Shown: one piece after another, positions 1-10,997 of the stretch
Layout of the letters: every line of letters begins with the position of its first letter
Numbering within the stretch: the stretch's first letter is position 1
From: Phormidesmis sp.
Lineage (GTDB): Bacteria; Cyanobacteriota; Cyanobacteriia; Leptolyngbyales; Leptolyngbyaceae
Length of the DNA stretch: 64,000 nucleotides
Assembly (NCBI GenBank): GCA_965248535.1
Contig: CBDFJR010000005.1
Location: 1,984,001-2,048,000, forward strand
Direction: 5' to 3'
The notes under the pieces: generated by a model
The model's input: only the letters and a program-made list of their open reading frames with translations
What the model was told of the DNA's origin: nothing
Databases searched by the model: none
Made by a program: the position numbers and the translations under genes

Positions 1-457
1 CGACTGACCCAAACCCGATCCACCATTTTCCGAGGGGATTTTTTTTGCCCGGCAACACGGTTTCTCCAGTGATCGGATGTTGCCAAACAGGATTTTGATA
101 CATCTGAAACACGCTGAAGCTTCCGATCGGGGTTTCCCAGCCCTGTTGTCCGATCGCTACGGGATAACTGGCTTTGACCCGATCATTCTCATAAACATAG
201 ACGCGACGATCGCTGAGATCGACGACAAGCTTTAGACTTTTGACGGCCGTGCTTTTTAAAGACGGCTTTTTGGCGATCGGCTTTGGACTGAAAATGCCAG
301 AAACGTGGATTTTAGACAAAGCGGTGCCAGGCAGCGCTGCAATTTGCTGCCATTGAGACGCGATTAACAACGTGCCCGTCCCCATACACAGCACCATTAA
401 ATGGCGAAGCAACGTCAGATCCTGGTTTCTTGTCGCCGTTCTACTGAGTCTAGCCAC
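1..457 (-). CDS. L,D-transpeptidase (YkuD-like), truncated by the window edge
   Basis: Manual translation from GTG at 457: ...KLVVDLSDRRVYVYENDRVKASYPVAIGQQGWETPIGSF...NPLGKWWIGF. Divergent from sigG; start codon uncertain. Confidence 0.85.
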   Translation of the reverse strand, partial: MARLSRTATRNQDLTLLRHLMVLCMGTGTLLIASQWQQIAALPGTALSKIHVSGIFSPKPIAKKPSLKSTAVKSLKLVVDLSDRRVYVYENDRVKASYPVAIGQQGWETPIGSFSVFQMYQNPVWQHPITGETVLPGKKNPLGKWWIGFGSV

Positions 458-1204
458 GCTTTTTTAAACTTAGAGTTCCTAAAGTTTCTCTGTGAAGCTA
501 CGGACAAGATCGTTAAGCTTTGATCTGACTTAACGGGTGGCTTTCCGGAAGCAATCAGTTTAGGTCTGAAGGATCAGGTAGCGTCTCTGAGTTTTAGAGG
601 AGCGCGATCGGAGAAGACGGAAGATCACAAACCCTTGTTCAAACAAGGCAAAAACTTTAACGCTTCTTCATAGTTACCTAGACTCCTTCTCAGAATATAG
701 GGCACTTTATGGGTGCAGGTGCCTTCTTGAGGTTGGAGGAATCAAACAAAACCGATCAAAGAGCACTCTTCTATCTACATCTACAGGTTCATCAACGAGT
801 GGTGTGTCAGGTCTTGTGAGGAGAAACAACAATGGCTGAAAGATTATTACTAGCAATTACCATCACATTTTCTCTCAATTGTCTTTTAGGGCTGGCTCCA
901 ACATCAGCTAGAGAGACGGTGGGGGCAAACTCGCTACAGGCAGTGCAAACCCAAGTATCAATGCTTTTGGCAAACGCGACTTTGTACAACAAATAGGTTG
1001 AATGATCCAGCGATCGCCAGATGGAGCCTGATTCATCGCTTGCCTAAGCTCACCTCCTATAAACAGAGGAGTTTGAAGATCAAGACTTCGGCGCGATCGC
1101 TCAATCAAATTGGCAGGCTCAAGCTAGCTGCCTCAGCAAAAGACATTTTGCGTCATGTGCGAGATATGCTGGTGAAACAACCGTCATATTCAAGAGATTA
1201 TCAG

Positions 1205-1231
1205 GGAACTTCTGAAACAGAGTTTGGGTCA
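1205..1231 (+). promoter_or_regulatory. ECF-sigma-type promoter, likely autoregulatory
   Basis: GGAACTT-N16-GTCA about 40 nt upstream of the ECF sigma ATG; matches the sigmaE-like consensus. Confidence 0.6.
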
Positions 1232-1271
1232 TGGGAAGAGAATGTAGGAACGTTTAGAGCGAATTCCGCCC

Positions 1272-1931
1272 ATGAGTCAATCCTTTCCTGTATCCTGGTT
1301 TCCGGTTGAGGCAACCGCTTCTCAAACGCCAGTGCAAGCAGAAAAACTCTCTAACTACGATTTAGTTTTGCAGTGTCAGACCGAGCACCGCCCAGAGAAA
1401 GCGGCGTTTGCTGAACTCATGCGGCGATATCAATCTCACGTTGACAAGGTTCTTTATCACTTGGCTCCTGATTGGCAAGATCGCGCTGATCTCGCCCAAG
1501 AAGTCTGGATTCGAGTCTATCGCAACGTCAAACGCCTCAACGATCCGATCAAGTTTAGAGGCTGGCTGAGTCGCATCGCGACTAACCTGTTTTATGACGA
1601 GTTGCGAAAGCGCAAGCGTAACTCAAGTCCGCTTTCTCTTGATGCGCCCCTGACTCTAGAAGATGGTCAGCTAGACTGGGAAATTGCTTCGGCGACTCCT
1701 GGGCCTGAAGAAGATCTCACGACGCGGGAATTTTATGATCAGTTAAATGAAGCGATCGCTGATTTGCCCGAAGTGTTTCGCACCACGATCGTGCTGCGCG
1801 AGATTGAGGGCATGGCCTATGAGGAAATTGCTGAACTGACGGGCGTTTCGTTGGGGACGGTTAAGTCTAGAATTGCGAGGGCGAGACATCGCTTGCAGAC
1901 TCAGCTACAGCGTTATTTAGACGGGGGCTGA
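1272..1931 (+). CDS. sigG: ECF RNA polymerase sigma factor (cyanobacterial SigG type)
   Basis: Region 2 DLAQEVWIRVYR..FRGWLSRIATN; region 4 YEEIAELTGVSLGTVKSRIARAR. Confidence 0.93.
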   Translation: MSQSFPVSWFPVEATASQTPVQAEKLSNYDLVLQCQTEHRPEKAAFAELMRRYQSHVDKVLYHLAPDWQDRADLAQEVWIRVYRNVKRLNDPIKFRGWLSRIATNLFYDELRKRKRNSSPLSLDAPLTLEDGQLDWEIASATPGPEEDLTTREFYDQLNEAIADLPEVFRTTIVLREIEGMAYEEIAELTGVSLGTVKSRIARARHRLQTQLQRYLDGG

Positions 1932-2060
1932 GGGGTCTGAGTCCTCATAGCTCTCCGTGTATTTACGATTCGTTTCTGCTAATATTTCTCTCGACTGCGG
2001 TAATTGTCACACCTTGCGTCGGTTGAATTTCTCAGATTGACTTCGGTAGACTAGCTTGTA

Positions 2061-2684
2061 TTGACAACTGGGTATTCTCATTTCAAGAGAAGTGATTCCA
2101 CGATGAACCCCGATTTAGATCCGCTTAATAATTCCATGCAACCATCTTCTGATCCGGCTTCCCCTGCTTCTAAGGGTACGTTTGAGTCAACCACTCTGCA
2201 ACGCGATCGCTTTGAGTTACTGAGTGCCTATTTGGATGGCGAGGTGACTGCTGCCGAGCGTCAGCAGGTTGAAGAGTGGCTAGTCAATGATGTCACGGTG
2301 CAAAAGCTTCACGCTCGTCTGATGATGCTGCGTCAAGGGTTTCGCTCTCTGCCAGTGCCACAGCCTAGTCAGCCGATCGAGCAGACGGTTGAGAAGGTCT
2401 TGGCTCAGGTTGAGCGCAGACCAAAACTCTCACTGGTTTGGGGAGGGACGGCGATCGCGGCTCTTTTCGTGGGAGCGGTGACGATGATTTCTCCGATCGG
2501 CAGACCTCCGGTTTCACAAGTGGCTGTCAAGACGCAGCCTGCGGTGACTCGCCCACAGTCCAACGCCGTCGAGAGCGATGGGCTATTAGTAGCGCTCGAT
2601 CGCCCGGTATTGGCGATTCCTAAAGAGGCGGCCCCTTCTAAAGCGACGACTGGGGTTAAGCCGAGTAGCTCTGCCCACAACTAA
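2061..2684 (+). CDS. Transmembrane anti-sigma factor
   Basis: RFELLSAYLDGEVTAAER motif, one TM helix, directly after sigG. True start may be ATG 2103. Confidence 0.88.
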   Translation: MTTGYSHFKRSDSTMNPDLDPLNNSMQPSSDPASPASKGTFESTTLQRDRFELLSAYLDGEVTAAERQQVEEWLVNDVTVQKLHARLMMLRQGFRSLPVPQPSQPIEQTVEKVLAQVERRPKLSLVWGGTAIAALFVGAVTMISPIGRPPVSQVAVKTQPAVTRPQSNAVESDGLLVALDRPVLAIPKEAAPSKATTGVKPSSSAHN

Positions 2685-2704
2685 AAACTCGCTTTTCTCG
2701 CCCA

Positions 2705-2743
2705 CAGTCCGCAGCCAAAATAAATGACTGCGGATTGTTTTTT
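2705..2743 (+). terminator. Intrinsic terminator of the sigG operon
   Basis: CAGTCCGCAG...CTGCGGATTG stem followed by T6. Confidence 0.75.
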
Positions 2744-2842
2744 GATCCCATCTTTCGTGGACAAACCCTCTCGGTCGGGGGTAGAAAGTGTCACAATAGG
2801 CAGGTTAATCGAATCGTTAAAGCTTAGTCAGGAGTTCCGATC

Positions 2843-5404
2843 GTGGAGTCTCGTTATAAACCCGCCGATATTGAAGCAAAGTGGCAACAGGCTTGGATAG
2901 GCCAAGGACTGGCTAAAACGCCCACTGACAGCAGCAAGCTAAAGTTTTATGCGCTGTCGATGTTTCCCTATCCTTCTGGAAATCTTCACATGGGGCACGT
3001 GCGGGTTTACACGATCGTAGACGTAATTGCTCGGCTAAAGCGAATGCAGGGCTATCGTGTGCTGAACCCGATGGGCTGGGATGCGTTTGGATTGCCTGCG
3101 GAAAATGCGGCGATCGAGCGCAACATTCAACCCGCAACGTGGACTGATCAAAATATTGCTCAGATGCGAGACCAGCTAAAGGAGTTAGGTATCTCATTTG
3201 ACTGGGATCGCGAATTAGCAACCTGTTCGCCCGATTATTATCGCTGGACGCAGTGGATTTTTCTAGAATTCTTTAAAGCAGGGCTGGCTTATCAAAAAGA
3301 AGCCACGGTGAATTGGGACCCGATCGACCAAACCGTTTTAGCCAATGAGCAGGTCGATGCCGACGGAAAATCTTGGCGATCGGGGGCGATCGTTGAACGC
3401 AAACAGTTGCGGCAGTGGTTCTTGAAAATCACCGATTATGCCGAACAGCTATTGGCTGATCTCGATCAGCTAACCGGGTGGCCCGAGCGGGTCAAACTGA
3501 TGCAAGCTAACTGGATTGGCAAATCAGTCGGGGCTTATTTAGAGTTTCCGATCGTGGGCATGGATCAAAAAGTCGGCGTGTTCACCACCCGTCCCGACAC
3601 GGTTTATGGCGTGACCTATGTGGTGTTAGCGCCCGATCATCCCCTAACGCCACGGGTGACCGTGAGCGATCGCAAGTCAGCCATTAACGCATTTGTTCAA
3701 GAAGTCTCGACCCAAACCGAGTTAGAGCGGACTGCGGAAGACAAGCCCAAACGGGGCATTCCGACGGGTGGCACCGCGATCAATCCATTTACGGGCGAAG
3801 AAGTTCCGATTTGGATTGCAGATTATGTGCTGGTTGAGTATGGAACCGGGGCAGTGATGGGCGTTCCGGCTCATGACGTGCGAGATTTTGTATTTGCCCA
3901 GCAGAATGATTTGGCGATCGCTCCCGTCATCATTCCTGAAGGGGGCGATGCGACAACTCCGCTAACGGCTGCCTACACAGAACCCGGCGTGTTGGTTAAC
4001 TCTGCCGAGTTTGATGGAATGCCCTCTCTGGCTGCAAAACAGGCGATCATTCAAAAAGCTGAAACCGAAGGCTGGGGAAGTGCTCGGATTCAATATCGGC
4101 TGCGCGATTGGTTGATTTCGCGCCAGCGCTATTGGGGGGCCCCGATTCCGATCGTGCATTGTCCCAACTGCGGTGCGGTGGCGGTTGCCGATGCTGATCT
4201 GCCCGTGAAACTGCCTGAAGATGTCGAGTTTTCGGGGCGTGGGGCTTCTCCGTTAGCCAAGTTAGAGGCTTGGGTGAATGTGCTCTGCCCGACCTGCGGC
4301 ACGCCTGCCAAACGAGAAACCGACACGATGGATACCTTTATGGATTCGTCGTGGTATTTCTTGCGCTACCCCGATGCCAAAAATGATCAGGCAGCCTTCG
4401 ATCGCGCCCAGATCAATGATTGGATGCCCGTTGATCAATATGTGGGCGGCATTGAACACGCGATCTTGCACTTACTGTATTCGCGATTTTTCACAAAAGT
4501 GTTGCGCGATCGGGGCTTACTAAATTTTGACGAACCGTTTCAGCGGCTGCTAACCCAGGGCATGGTGCAGGGCAAAACCTACAAAAATCCCCGCACGGGC
4601 AAGTATGTGATCGCGACTCAGATTGCAGATTTGACGGCTCCGATCGATCCTGAGACGGGCGACAAACTAGAAGTCGTCTACGAGAAAATGTCGAAGTCAA
4701 AACACAACGGCTTGGCACCAGGAGACGTGATTAAAAAATATGGTGCTGACACGGCTCGGATGTTCATCTTATTTAAAGCGCCCCCTGAAAAAGATCTAGA
4801 GTGGGAAGACGCAGACGTTGAAGGACAGTTTCGATTTTTGAATCGGGTTTGGCGGCTAGTTACCGACTTTGCAGAGCAGGGAGCGGGGATCAAGAGTCCG
4901 GGATCAGACCTCAGTAAGCCTGAAAAAGAACTGCGGCGATCGATTCACATTGCCATCAAAGAAGTCACTGAAGATTTGCAGGGTGACTATCAGTTCAACA
5001 CGGCCGTCTCAGAGATGATGAAGCTGAGTAACGCCCTCAATGATGCGGCGATCAAAGAGTCTCCTGTCTACGCAGAAGGCATTCAGACTTTATTGCGGCT
5101 GCTGGCTCCGTTTGCGCCTCACATTGCTGAAGAATTGTGGCATCAATTGGGGCAGACCGATTCGATTCACACCCAACCGTTTCCGATTCTCGACCCGGCG
5201 GCTTTGGTGGCAGATGAGATCACGATCGTGATTCAGGTTATGGGCAAAACGCGAGGCACGATTCAAGTCCCGGCGCAGGCTGATAAGGCAGCGATCGAGC
5301 AAGCTGCCCGCGAGTCAGAGGCAGCGCGGCGACACATCAATGGCAAAGAGATCAAGAAAGTGATTGTCGTGCCTGGAAAACTAGTGAACTTTGTCGTTGG
5401 CTAA
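2843..5404 (+). CDS. leuS: Leucine--tRNA ligase
   Basis: [13 protein letters not shown] (HIGH motif), [17 protein letters not shown] editing motif. Confidence 0.99.
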   Translation: MESRYKPADIEAKWQQAWIGQGLAKTPTDSSKLKFYALSMFPYPSGNLHMGHVRVYTIVDVIARLKRMQGYRVLNPMGWDAFGLPAENAAIERNIQPATWTDQNIAQMRDQLKELGISFDWDRELATCSPDYYRWTQWIFLEFFKAGLAYQKEATVNWDPIDQTVLANEQVDADGKSWRSGAIVERKQLRQWFLKITDYAEQLLADLDQLTGWPERVKLMQANWIGKSVGAYLEFPIVGMDQKVGVFTTRPDTVYGVTYVVLAPDHPLTPRVTVSDRKSAINAFVQEVSTQTELERTAEDKPKRGIPTGGTAINPFTGEEVPIWIADYVLVEYGTGAVMGVPAHDVRDFVFAQQNDLAIAPVIIPEGGDATTPLTAAYTEPGVLVNSAEFDGMPSLAAKQAIIQKAETEGWGSARIQYRLRDWLISRQRYWGAPIPIVHCPNCGAVAVADADLPVKLPEDVEFSGRGASPLAKLEAWVNVLCPTCGTPAKRETDTMDTFMDSSWYFLRYPDAKNDQAAFDRAQINDWMPVDQYVGGIEHAILHLLYSRFFTKVLRDRGLLNFDEPFQRLLTQGMVQGKTYKNPRTGKYVIATQIADLTAPIDPETGDKLEVVYEKMSKSKHNGLAPGDVIKKYGADTARMFILFKAPPEKDLEWEDADVEGQFRFLNRVWRLVTDFAEQGAGIKSPGSDLSKPEKELRRSIHIAIKEVTEDLQGDYQFNTAVSEMMKLSNALNDAAIKESPVYAEGIQTLLRLLAPFAPHIAEELWHQLGQTDSIHTQPFPILDPAALVADEITIVIQVMGKTRGTIQVPAQADKAAIEQAARESEAARRHINGKEIKKVIVVPGKLVNFVVG

Positions 5405-5440
5405 GTCTCGCTTGTAAGCGCACCCTGCACGAGTGATAAA

Positions 5441-5456
5441 CGTGATCTAAATCACA
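5441..5456. promoter_or_regulatory. CRP-type (cAMP receptor protein) binding site upstream of cpdA
   Basis: AAA-CGTGA-TCTAAA-TCACA-AAA versus consensus AAA-TGTGA-TCTAGA-TCACA-TTT. Confidence 0.65.
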
Positions 5457-5665
5457 AAAATTGCCGCGACAGATCGCACAACTTCGCTGAGTCAGATACT
5501 AACCTAAAAGGGTGAGAAGGCAGCTTGTCGGTTCTCATCATTTTCTAGCTGAGAGTTTTCGTTTAAAGTCTAGCGGCTCGAAGGAACGTGTTGAAGGCGC
5601 TTTGAGACGGCTCAAGACCTTACCCGGTAAGCATTTACTTTAATTGATCGTCCTCCGCCACTTGT

Positions 5666-6466
5666 ATGATTCACGCTTCCCCTCAGCTCATTGCTCAGAT
5701 TACCGATATTCATTTGTTTGCAGACCCTCACCAAGATCTATTGGGAATGCCGACCGCAGACTCGTTTCAAGCCTTGATCAGTCAGTTGGCTAGACTGTCT
5801 CCTCAACCTGATCTATTGCTGCTGACGGGCGATCTTTCGCAAGATGGCACGCCGAGATCTTACGATCGCTTACAAGCTCTGCTGGCCCCGTTAGGAATTC
5901 CGGTTTATTGGCTACCGGGCAATCACGACGCTGATCTTGAGGAGATGGAGCGATCGCTGACTCACCCGATCTTCATGCCCGATCGCTCATTTGAGGCAGG
6001 CGGATGGCGGTTTGTGTTGCTCGACTCTCAAGAACCTGGCTGTGTGCATGGCTTCCTTTCGCCCCGTGAGCTAGACCGACTTGATCGAGATCTTAGTCAA
6101 TATTTAGAGCAGCCCACGATCGTCGCGCTGCACCATCCTCCTTTTCAGATGTGCTCTGACTGGCTAGACATGAGTATTTTGCAAAACCCCGAAGCTTTGT
6201 TTGAGGTGCTCGATCATCATCCTCAAGTCAAACTGGTTTTATTTGGGCACATTCATCAAGAGTTCGAGCGCCAAAGACACGAAGTTACTTATTTAGGAAC
6301 TCCGTCAACGTGCGTTCAGTTTGAGCCAAGAAGCCAGGAGTTTTCGATTGACGCTGAGGAACCTGGGTTTCGGCTCCTCAATCTCTACCCCAATGGCAAT
6401 TGGGACACCCAAGTCAAGCGGGTTTCCTACTCTCATCAGCTTGATCTAGCCGCAGCAGGCTACTAG
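5666..6466 (+). CDS. cpdA: 3',5'-cyclic-AMP phosphodiesterase (metallophosphoesterase)
   Basis: DIH, GDLSQD, GNHD, HHPP, GHIH motifs; C-terminal TPSTCVQF..PGFR. Confidence 0.92.
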   Translation: MIHASPQLIAQITDIHLFADPHQDLLGMPTADSFQALISQLARLSPQPDLLLLTGDLSQDGTPRSYDRLQALLAPLGIPVYWLPGNHDADLEEMERSLTHPIFMPDRSFEAGGWRFVLLDSQEPGCVHGFLSPRELDRLDRDLSQYLEQPTIVALHHPPFQMCSDWLDMSILQNPEALFEVLDHHPQVKLVLFGHIHQEFERQRHEVTYLGTPSTCVQFEPRSQEFSIDAEEPGFRLLNLYPNGNWDTQVKRVSYSHQLDLAAAGY

Positions 6467-6744
6467 TGAAATCGCGGATGCAGCAGGGCTGACACGGGTT
6501 CGCCCTGTTTGAGGTGTTGCTCAACGATCGCTGCCACATGGTCAGGCTTGACTCGACAATACCAAATCTCGTCGGGCAACACTCGCACGGTTGCGGCCAT
6601 GTTGCACTGGCCTTGACATTCACTGCCGACGACGGTCACGCCCGCGATCGGGGTCGCCAAAAAATGAGCCAACACCTCGGCTGATCCCCTCGCGAGGCAA
6701 CTTTGGTGCTGGCAGACTAAAACTTCAAACGTTCTATTTTCCAA
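6463..6744 (-). CDS. Thioredoxin-like (2Fe-2S) ferredoxin
   Basis: VLVCQHQSC...CQGQC...WY...IVEQHL. Probable TTG start at 6744 overlapping the end of the COG0523 gene. Confidence 0.85.
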   Translation of the reverse strand: MENRTFEVLVCQHQSCLARGSAEVLAHFLATPIAGVTVVGSECQGQCNMAATVRVLPDEIWYCRVKPDHVAAIVEQHLKQGEPVSALLHPRFH

Positions 6745-7870
6745 ATCCCTTCCCACGACTGACTGAAGGAATAGTGAGACAGCTTTCGACCTGCGATCGT
6801 AAGGCTTCATGATCGAGACCCTGCCCGATCAGCACCAGTTGATTTTTAGGCGTGCCGACCCACTGGTCGTCGTCTAGAGAAAACCGCTTGCCGCTGAGGT
6901 GAAAAATGTGACGTTTAGGGCTTTCATCAAACCAGAGAATGCCCTTGGCACGAAACACATTAGTCGGCAACTGATTGTCTAAAAAGTGCTGAAATTTGCG
7001 AATGTTAAAAGGACGATCGCTCTCAAACGAGACCGACGTAAAGCCATCATTTTCTAGGTGGTTTGAGTGGTGATGGTGGTCATGGTCATGATCGTGTTCA
7101 CACTTGCCATGATCGTGATCGCAAGCCCCATGATCTTCATGCTTGTGATGATCATGCGCGTGGGCGTGATCATCATGATCGTGATGCTCAGATTTCTCAG
7201 CTTCTTCAGCAAAATATTTATCTGACTCAAACAATCCCACACTGAGCAGGGCTGCTAGGGGAGCCTGTCCCTTCACCGTTCGCAAAATTCTTGCGCCTTC
7301 TTTGATATCGCGAATTCGCACTTCTAGCGAGTCCAGACTGGTTTCATCCACCAAGTCGGCTTTGTTAAGAAGAATAATATCTCCGTAGGCGATTTGACTG
7401 TAGGCCGCTTCGCTGTTAAACAAATCGAGACTGAAATTTTCAGAATCAACCACGGTGATGATCGAGTCAAGCCGAGTCATATCTCGCAACTCGGTGCCCA
7501 AAAACGTCATCGCGACGGGCAGCGGGTCAGCCAATCCAGTCGTCTCAACCACAAGATAATCGATCGAGTCTTGCCGCTCAAGAACTTTGTAGACAGCCTC
7601 TACCAGATCATTGTTAATGGTGCAGCAAATGCAGCCATTGCTGAGTTCGACCATGTTATCGTCATCGGTCTTGATAATCAGTTCATTATCGATGCCAATT
7701 TCGCCAAACTCATTCACCAACACGGCGGTCTTTAATCCCTGCTGATTGGTCAAAATGTGATTTAGAAGCGTGGTTTTGCCGCTACCCAAAAACCCTGTGA
7801 TGATGGTAACGGGAAGCCCATGTTTAGGGACATCCATGACTGATGGAGACGAGGTGGCTGCTGTTTGCAT
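6734..7870 (-). CDS. COG0523/CobW-family metallochaperone GTPase with a His-rich insert
   Basis: GFLGSGKTT, NEFG, GCICC, ETTG, NKAD motifs; long HD/HH tract. Confidence 0.95.
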   Translation of the reverse strand: MQTAATSSPSVMDVPKHGLPVTIITGFLGSGKTTLLNHILTNQQGLKTAVLVNEFGEIGIDNELIIKTDDDNMVELSNGCICCTINNDLVEAVYKVLERQDSIDYLVVETTGLADPLPVAMTFLGTELRDMTRLDSIITVVDSENFSLDLFNSEAAYSQIAYGDIILLNKADLVDETSLDSLEVRIRDIKEGARILRTVKGQAPLAALLSVGLFESDKYFAEEAEKSEHHDHDDHAHAHDHHKHEDHGACDHDHGKCEHDHDHDHHHHSNHLENDGFTSVSFESDRPFNIRKFQHFLDNQLPTNVFRAKGILWFDESPKRHIFHLSGKRFSLDDDQWVGTPKNQLVLIGQGLDHEALRSQVESCLTIPSVSRGKGFGK

Positions 7871-8024
7871 AACGCGCTTGCTAGAAACATCAAAAAGTGG
7901 AGACAGTCGAGAGCCAGAAAATAAGGTCTGATCAAATTCCCGATCGCTCTCTTCCTATTATTGCTGATCTACGATTGTATGATGAGCACTCAGAGACAAT
8001 CGATCTATTCCAACCCTGACTCCT

Positions 8025-9476
8025 ATGGCCTTAACGCTCTATAACACCCTGACTCGTCGCAAAGAAGTCTTTGACCCGATCGATCCCCATCAGGTGCGGA
8101 TGTATTATTGCGGCGTGACGGTCTATGACTATTGCCACTTGGGGCACGCCAGGGCTTGCATAGTCTGGGATACGGTGCGTCGCTATCTCAAGTGGCGCGG
8201 CTATAGCGTGCGCTATGTGCAAAACTTTACTGACATTGATGACAAGATTTTGAATCGAGCGCGACAAGAAGGAACTTCAATGGAAGCCGTCGCCGAATTC
8301 TATATTCAGGCCTATTTTGAGGATATGGCGCGATTAAACGTCACGGAGGCTGATGAATATCCCCGTGCGACCCACACGATCGACGGCATTCAGCGCCTGA
8401 TCCACGAGCTAGAGCAAAAGGGAAGCGCCTACCCTAGCGCTGGAGATGTTTACTACTCGGTTCGCAGTTTTCCGGGCTATGGCAAACTGTCGGGGCAAAA
8501 GCTAGATGAGATGCAGACGGGAGCCAGCGGCCGGGTTGAGACTGTCCATGAGCCAAACCAGCCTCAAAAGCGAGACCCGGCTGATTTTGCCTTGTGGAAG
8601 TCAGCCAAACCTGACGAACCCGCCTGGGAATCACCTTGGGGGGCTGGCCGTCCGGGGTGGCACATTGAGTGCTCGGCGATGGTGCGCGATCGTCTGGGCG
8701 ACACGATCGACATTCACGCTGGGGGCAATGATCTGATCTTTCCGCACCACGAAAACGAGATTGCTCAGTCAGAGGCGGTGACAGGCAAACCGCTCTCTCG
8801 CTATTGGATGCACAACGGCATGGTGAACGTGGGCGGCGAAAAGATGTCAAAATCCCTCGGCAACTTCACCACGATTCGCGATTTGCTCGATCGTAAGTCC
8901 ATTGACCCGATGGTGATTCGGCTGTTTGTGCTGGGAGCCAGCTATCGCAAGCCGATCGACTTCACTGACGACGCGCTGAGTGCGGCTCAAAACGGCTGGA
9001 ACACTCTCAAAGAAGGGCTTTTGTTTGGCTATGACTATGGCGATCGGCTGAATTGGCACGATCCAGAAACTCCCCAAACGACTGCTTTAGATCAGTTCCA
9101 GACCGCAATGGATGATGACTTCAACACTTCTAGCGGGTTGGCGGTTTTATTTGAGATCGCTAAAGCACTACAGCGCGAAGGCAATCTGCTCGTGCATCAG
9201 GGTAAAACTGACGCATCTCCCGACACGCTCAAACAGCAGTGGCAAACGCTGGTAGAACTCGCCCAAGTGCTGGGTCTAGAAGCCAAGCCAGACGCAGATC
9301 TGCCTGCAACCGATGGGTTGTCAGACGGTGAGATTGAGACCGAAATTCAGCGCCGACGAGACGCGAAACTGATCAAAAACTTTGCTGAAGCCGATCGCAT
9401 TCGCAACGAGCTTCAAGCTCACGGAATTAGTCTGATTGACAAACCGGGGGGTGAAACCCTCTGGCATCGAAGTTAG
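8025..9476 (+). CDS. cysS: Cysteine--tRNA ligase
   Basis: [30 protein letters not shown]. Confidence 0.99.
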   Translation: MALTLYNTLTRRKEVFDPIDPHQVRMYYCGVTVYDYCHLGHARACIVWDTVRRYLKWRGYSVRYVQNFTDIDDKILNRARQEGTSMEAVAEFYIQAYFEDMARLNVTEADEYPRATHTIDGIQRLIHELEQKGSAYPSAGDVYYSVRSFPGYGKLSGQKLDEMQTGASGRVETVHEPNQPQKRDPADFALWKSAKPDEPAWESPWGAGRPGWHIECSAMVRDRLGDTIDIHAGGNDLIFPHHENEIAQSEAVTGKPLSRYWMHNGMVNVGGEKMSKSLGNFTTIRDLLDRKSIDPMVIRLFVLGASYRKPIDFTDDALSAAQNGWNTLKEGLLFGYDYGDRLNWHDPETPQTTALDQFQTAMDDDFNTSSGLAVLFEIAKALQREGNLLVHQGKTDASPDTLKQQWQTLVELAQVLGLEAKPDADLPATDGLSDGEIETEIQRRRDAKLIKNFAEADRIRNELQAHGISLIDKPGGETLWHRS

Positions 9477-9557
9477 ACTAGAAACTGCGTCAATTGTTCC
9501 TCTGTGGTGAAACTGAGCCGCAGGGAAACCTGTTCATGACTTCTCAGAGCTTTAACC

Positions 9558-10997
9558 ATGATTGTTGAATTGTCAAACTTGCTCTCAGCCCTCAAGGTCT
9601 CAGCAGACTGGGTAGGTCTCAGAGCCACTCAGGAAGCCTCTACCCATCGCACCGTTCGAGACGGCATCCCCGAATATAACCGCACGACCACGACCCAGGG
9701 CATCATGGTCGAGGTGTTGGTGAAGGGTCAAATCGGCTATGCTGCAACCAATTTGCTGACCTTAGAAAGCGTTCAGACGGCCGCACTGACGGCGCAACGA
9801 CAAGCGATCGCCGCCAGCGAATGGAATATTCACCCAACGCCGCTCTCTGCCCGCCCCAAAGTCGTAGAAAACTACACATCGCCGATTCTCAAGCCGTTTG
9901 ACGCACTGACTCCGGGTGAGATCAGCGACATCTTGATTAAGATTTGTCACACACTCAAGGTTTCTGATCAGATTGTTCAGACCAGCGCCACGGCGATCAC
10001 TACCGAAACCGAAACCTGGTTTGTCAGCAGCAATGGGTCTGAAGCCCATCAAAAATTTTGGATGATTAGCACCGATTATTCGGCGACGGCTCAAGCGGGG
10101 GCGATCGTGCAGCGGCGATCTCACAATGGCGGCTTGGCTCACTGTTATCAAGGCGGCATTGAGCATTTCGTCACTCCTGATCTGTGGCAGCGAGTTAAGC
10201 AGATTGGCGAGCAAGCGATCGAGCTATTGACCGCCGAAGAATGTCCGACTGAGACGACAACGTTAGTATTAGCACCTGACCAAATGCTGCTGCAAATTCA
10301 CGAAAGCGTAGGGCACCCGCTAGAGCTAGACCGAATTTTGGGCGACGAGCGCAATTATGCAGGCGGCAGTTTTGTCAAACTCGAAGATTTTGGCCAGCGG
10401 GTCTATGGCTCCCCGTTGATGAATATCACCTTTGACCCGACTGTGCCCGGAGAGTTTGCCAGCTATCGCTTTGACGACACAGGCACCCCGGCTACTCGTG
10501 AATATTTGATTAAAGAAGGCACCTTGATGCGCGGTTTGGGCAGCCTCGAAAGTCAAGCCAGAGCCGGAGTTTTAGGCGTTGCTAGCACGAGGGCTTCGTC
10601 GTGGAACCGTCCGCCGATCGACCGGATGGGCAATCTCAATCTCGAACCCGGTAGCGGTAATTTTGAGGAGACGATCGCCAGCGTCGAGCGCGGCATTTTT
10701 ATGGAAGCCAATCGCTCTTGGTCGATCGACGATCAGCGGCACAAATTTCAATTTAGCTGTGAATATGGCAAATTGATCGAGCAGGGTAAATTGACTAAAA
10801 CCGTGCGAAACCCCAACTATCGAGGCGTTACGCCGGAGTTTTGGGGCAGCCTGGTCAAAGTGGGCGATCGCTCAACCTGGCAGATGTATGGCACGCCGTT
10901 TTGCGGCAAAGGCGAACCCAATCAGGCCATTCGCGTCGGACACGGATCGCCCATCGCGGTGTTTGCCAATGTTGAAGTGTTTGGAGGTGGGGCATGA
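9558..10997 (+). CDS. tldD: TldD-family metalloprotease
   Basis: HESVGHPLE (HExxxH) and C-terminal CGKG. Confidence 0.9.
   Translation: MIVELSNLLSALKVSADWVGLRATQEASTHRTVRDGIPEYNRTTTTQGIMVEVLVKGQIGYAATNLLTLESVQTAALTAQRQAIAASEWNIHPTPLSARPKVVENYTSPILKPFDALTPGEISDILIKICHTLKVSDQIVQTSATAITTETETWFVSSNGSEAHQKFWMISTDYSATAQAGAIVQRRSHNGGLAHCYQGGIEHFVTPDLWQRVKQIGEQAIELLTAEECPTETTTLVLAPDQMLLQIHESVGHPLELDRILGDERNYAGGSFVKLEDFGQRVYGSPLMNITFDPTVPGEFASYRFDDTGTPATREYLIKEGTLMRGLGSLESQARAGVLGVASTRASSWNRPPIDRMGNLNLEPGSGNFEETIASVERGIFMEANRSWSIDDQRHKFQFSCEYGKLIEQGKLTKTVRNPNYRGVTPEFWGSLVKVGDRSTWQMYGTPFCGKGEPNQAIRVGHGSPIAVFANVEVFGGGA

Noticed and set aside
807..1309. Short ORFs between the L,D-transpeptidase and sigG
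   Set aside because: They overlap each other and have no recognisable motifs; probably promoter region.
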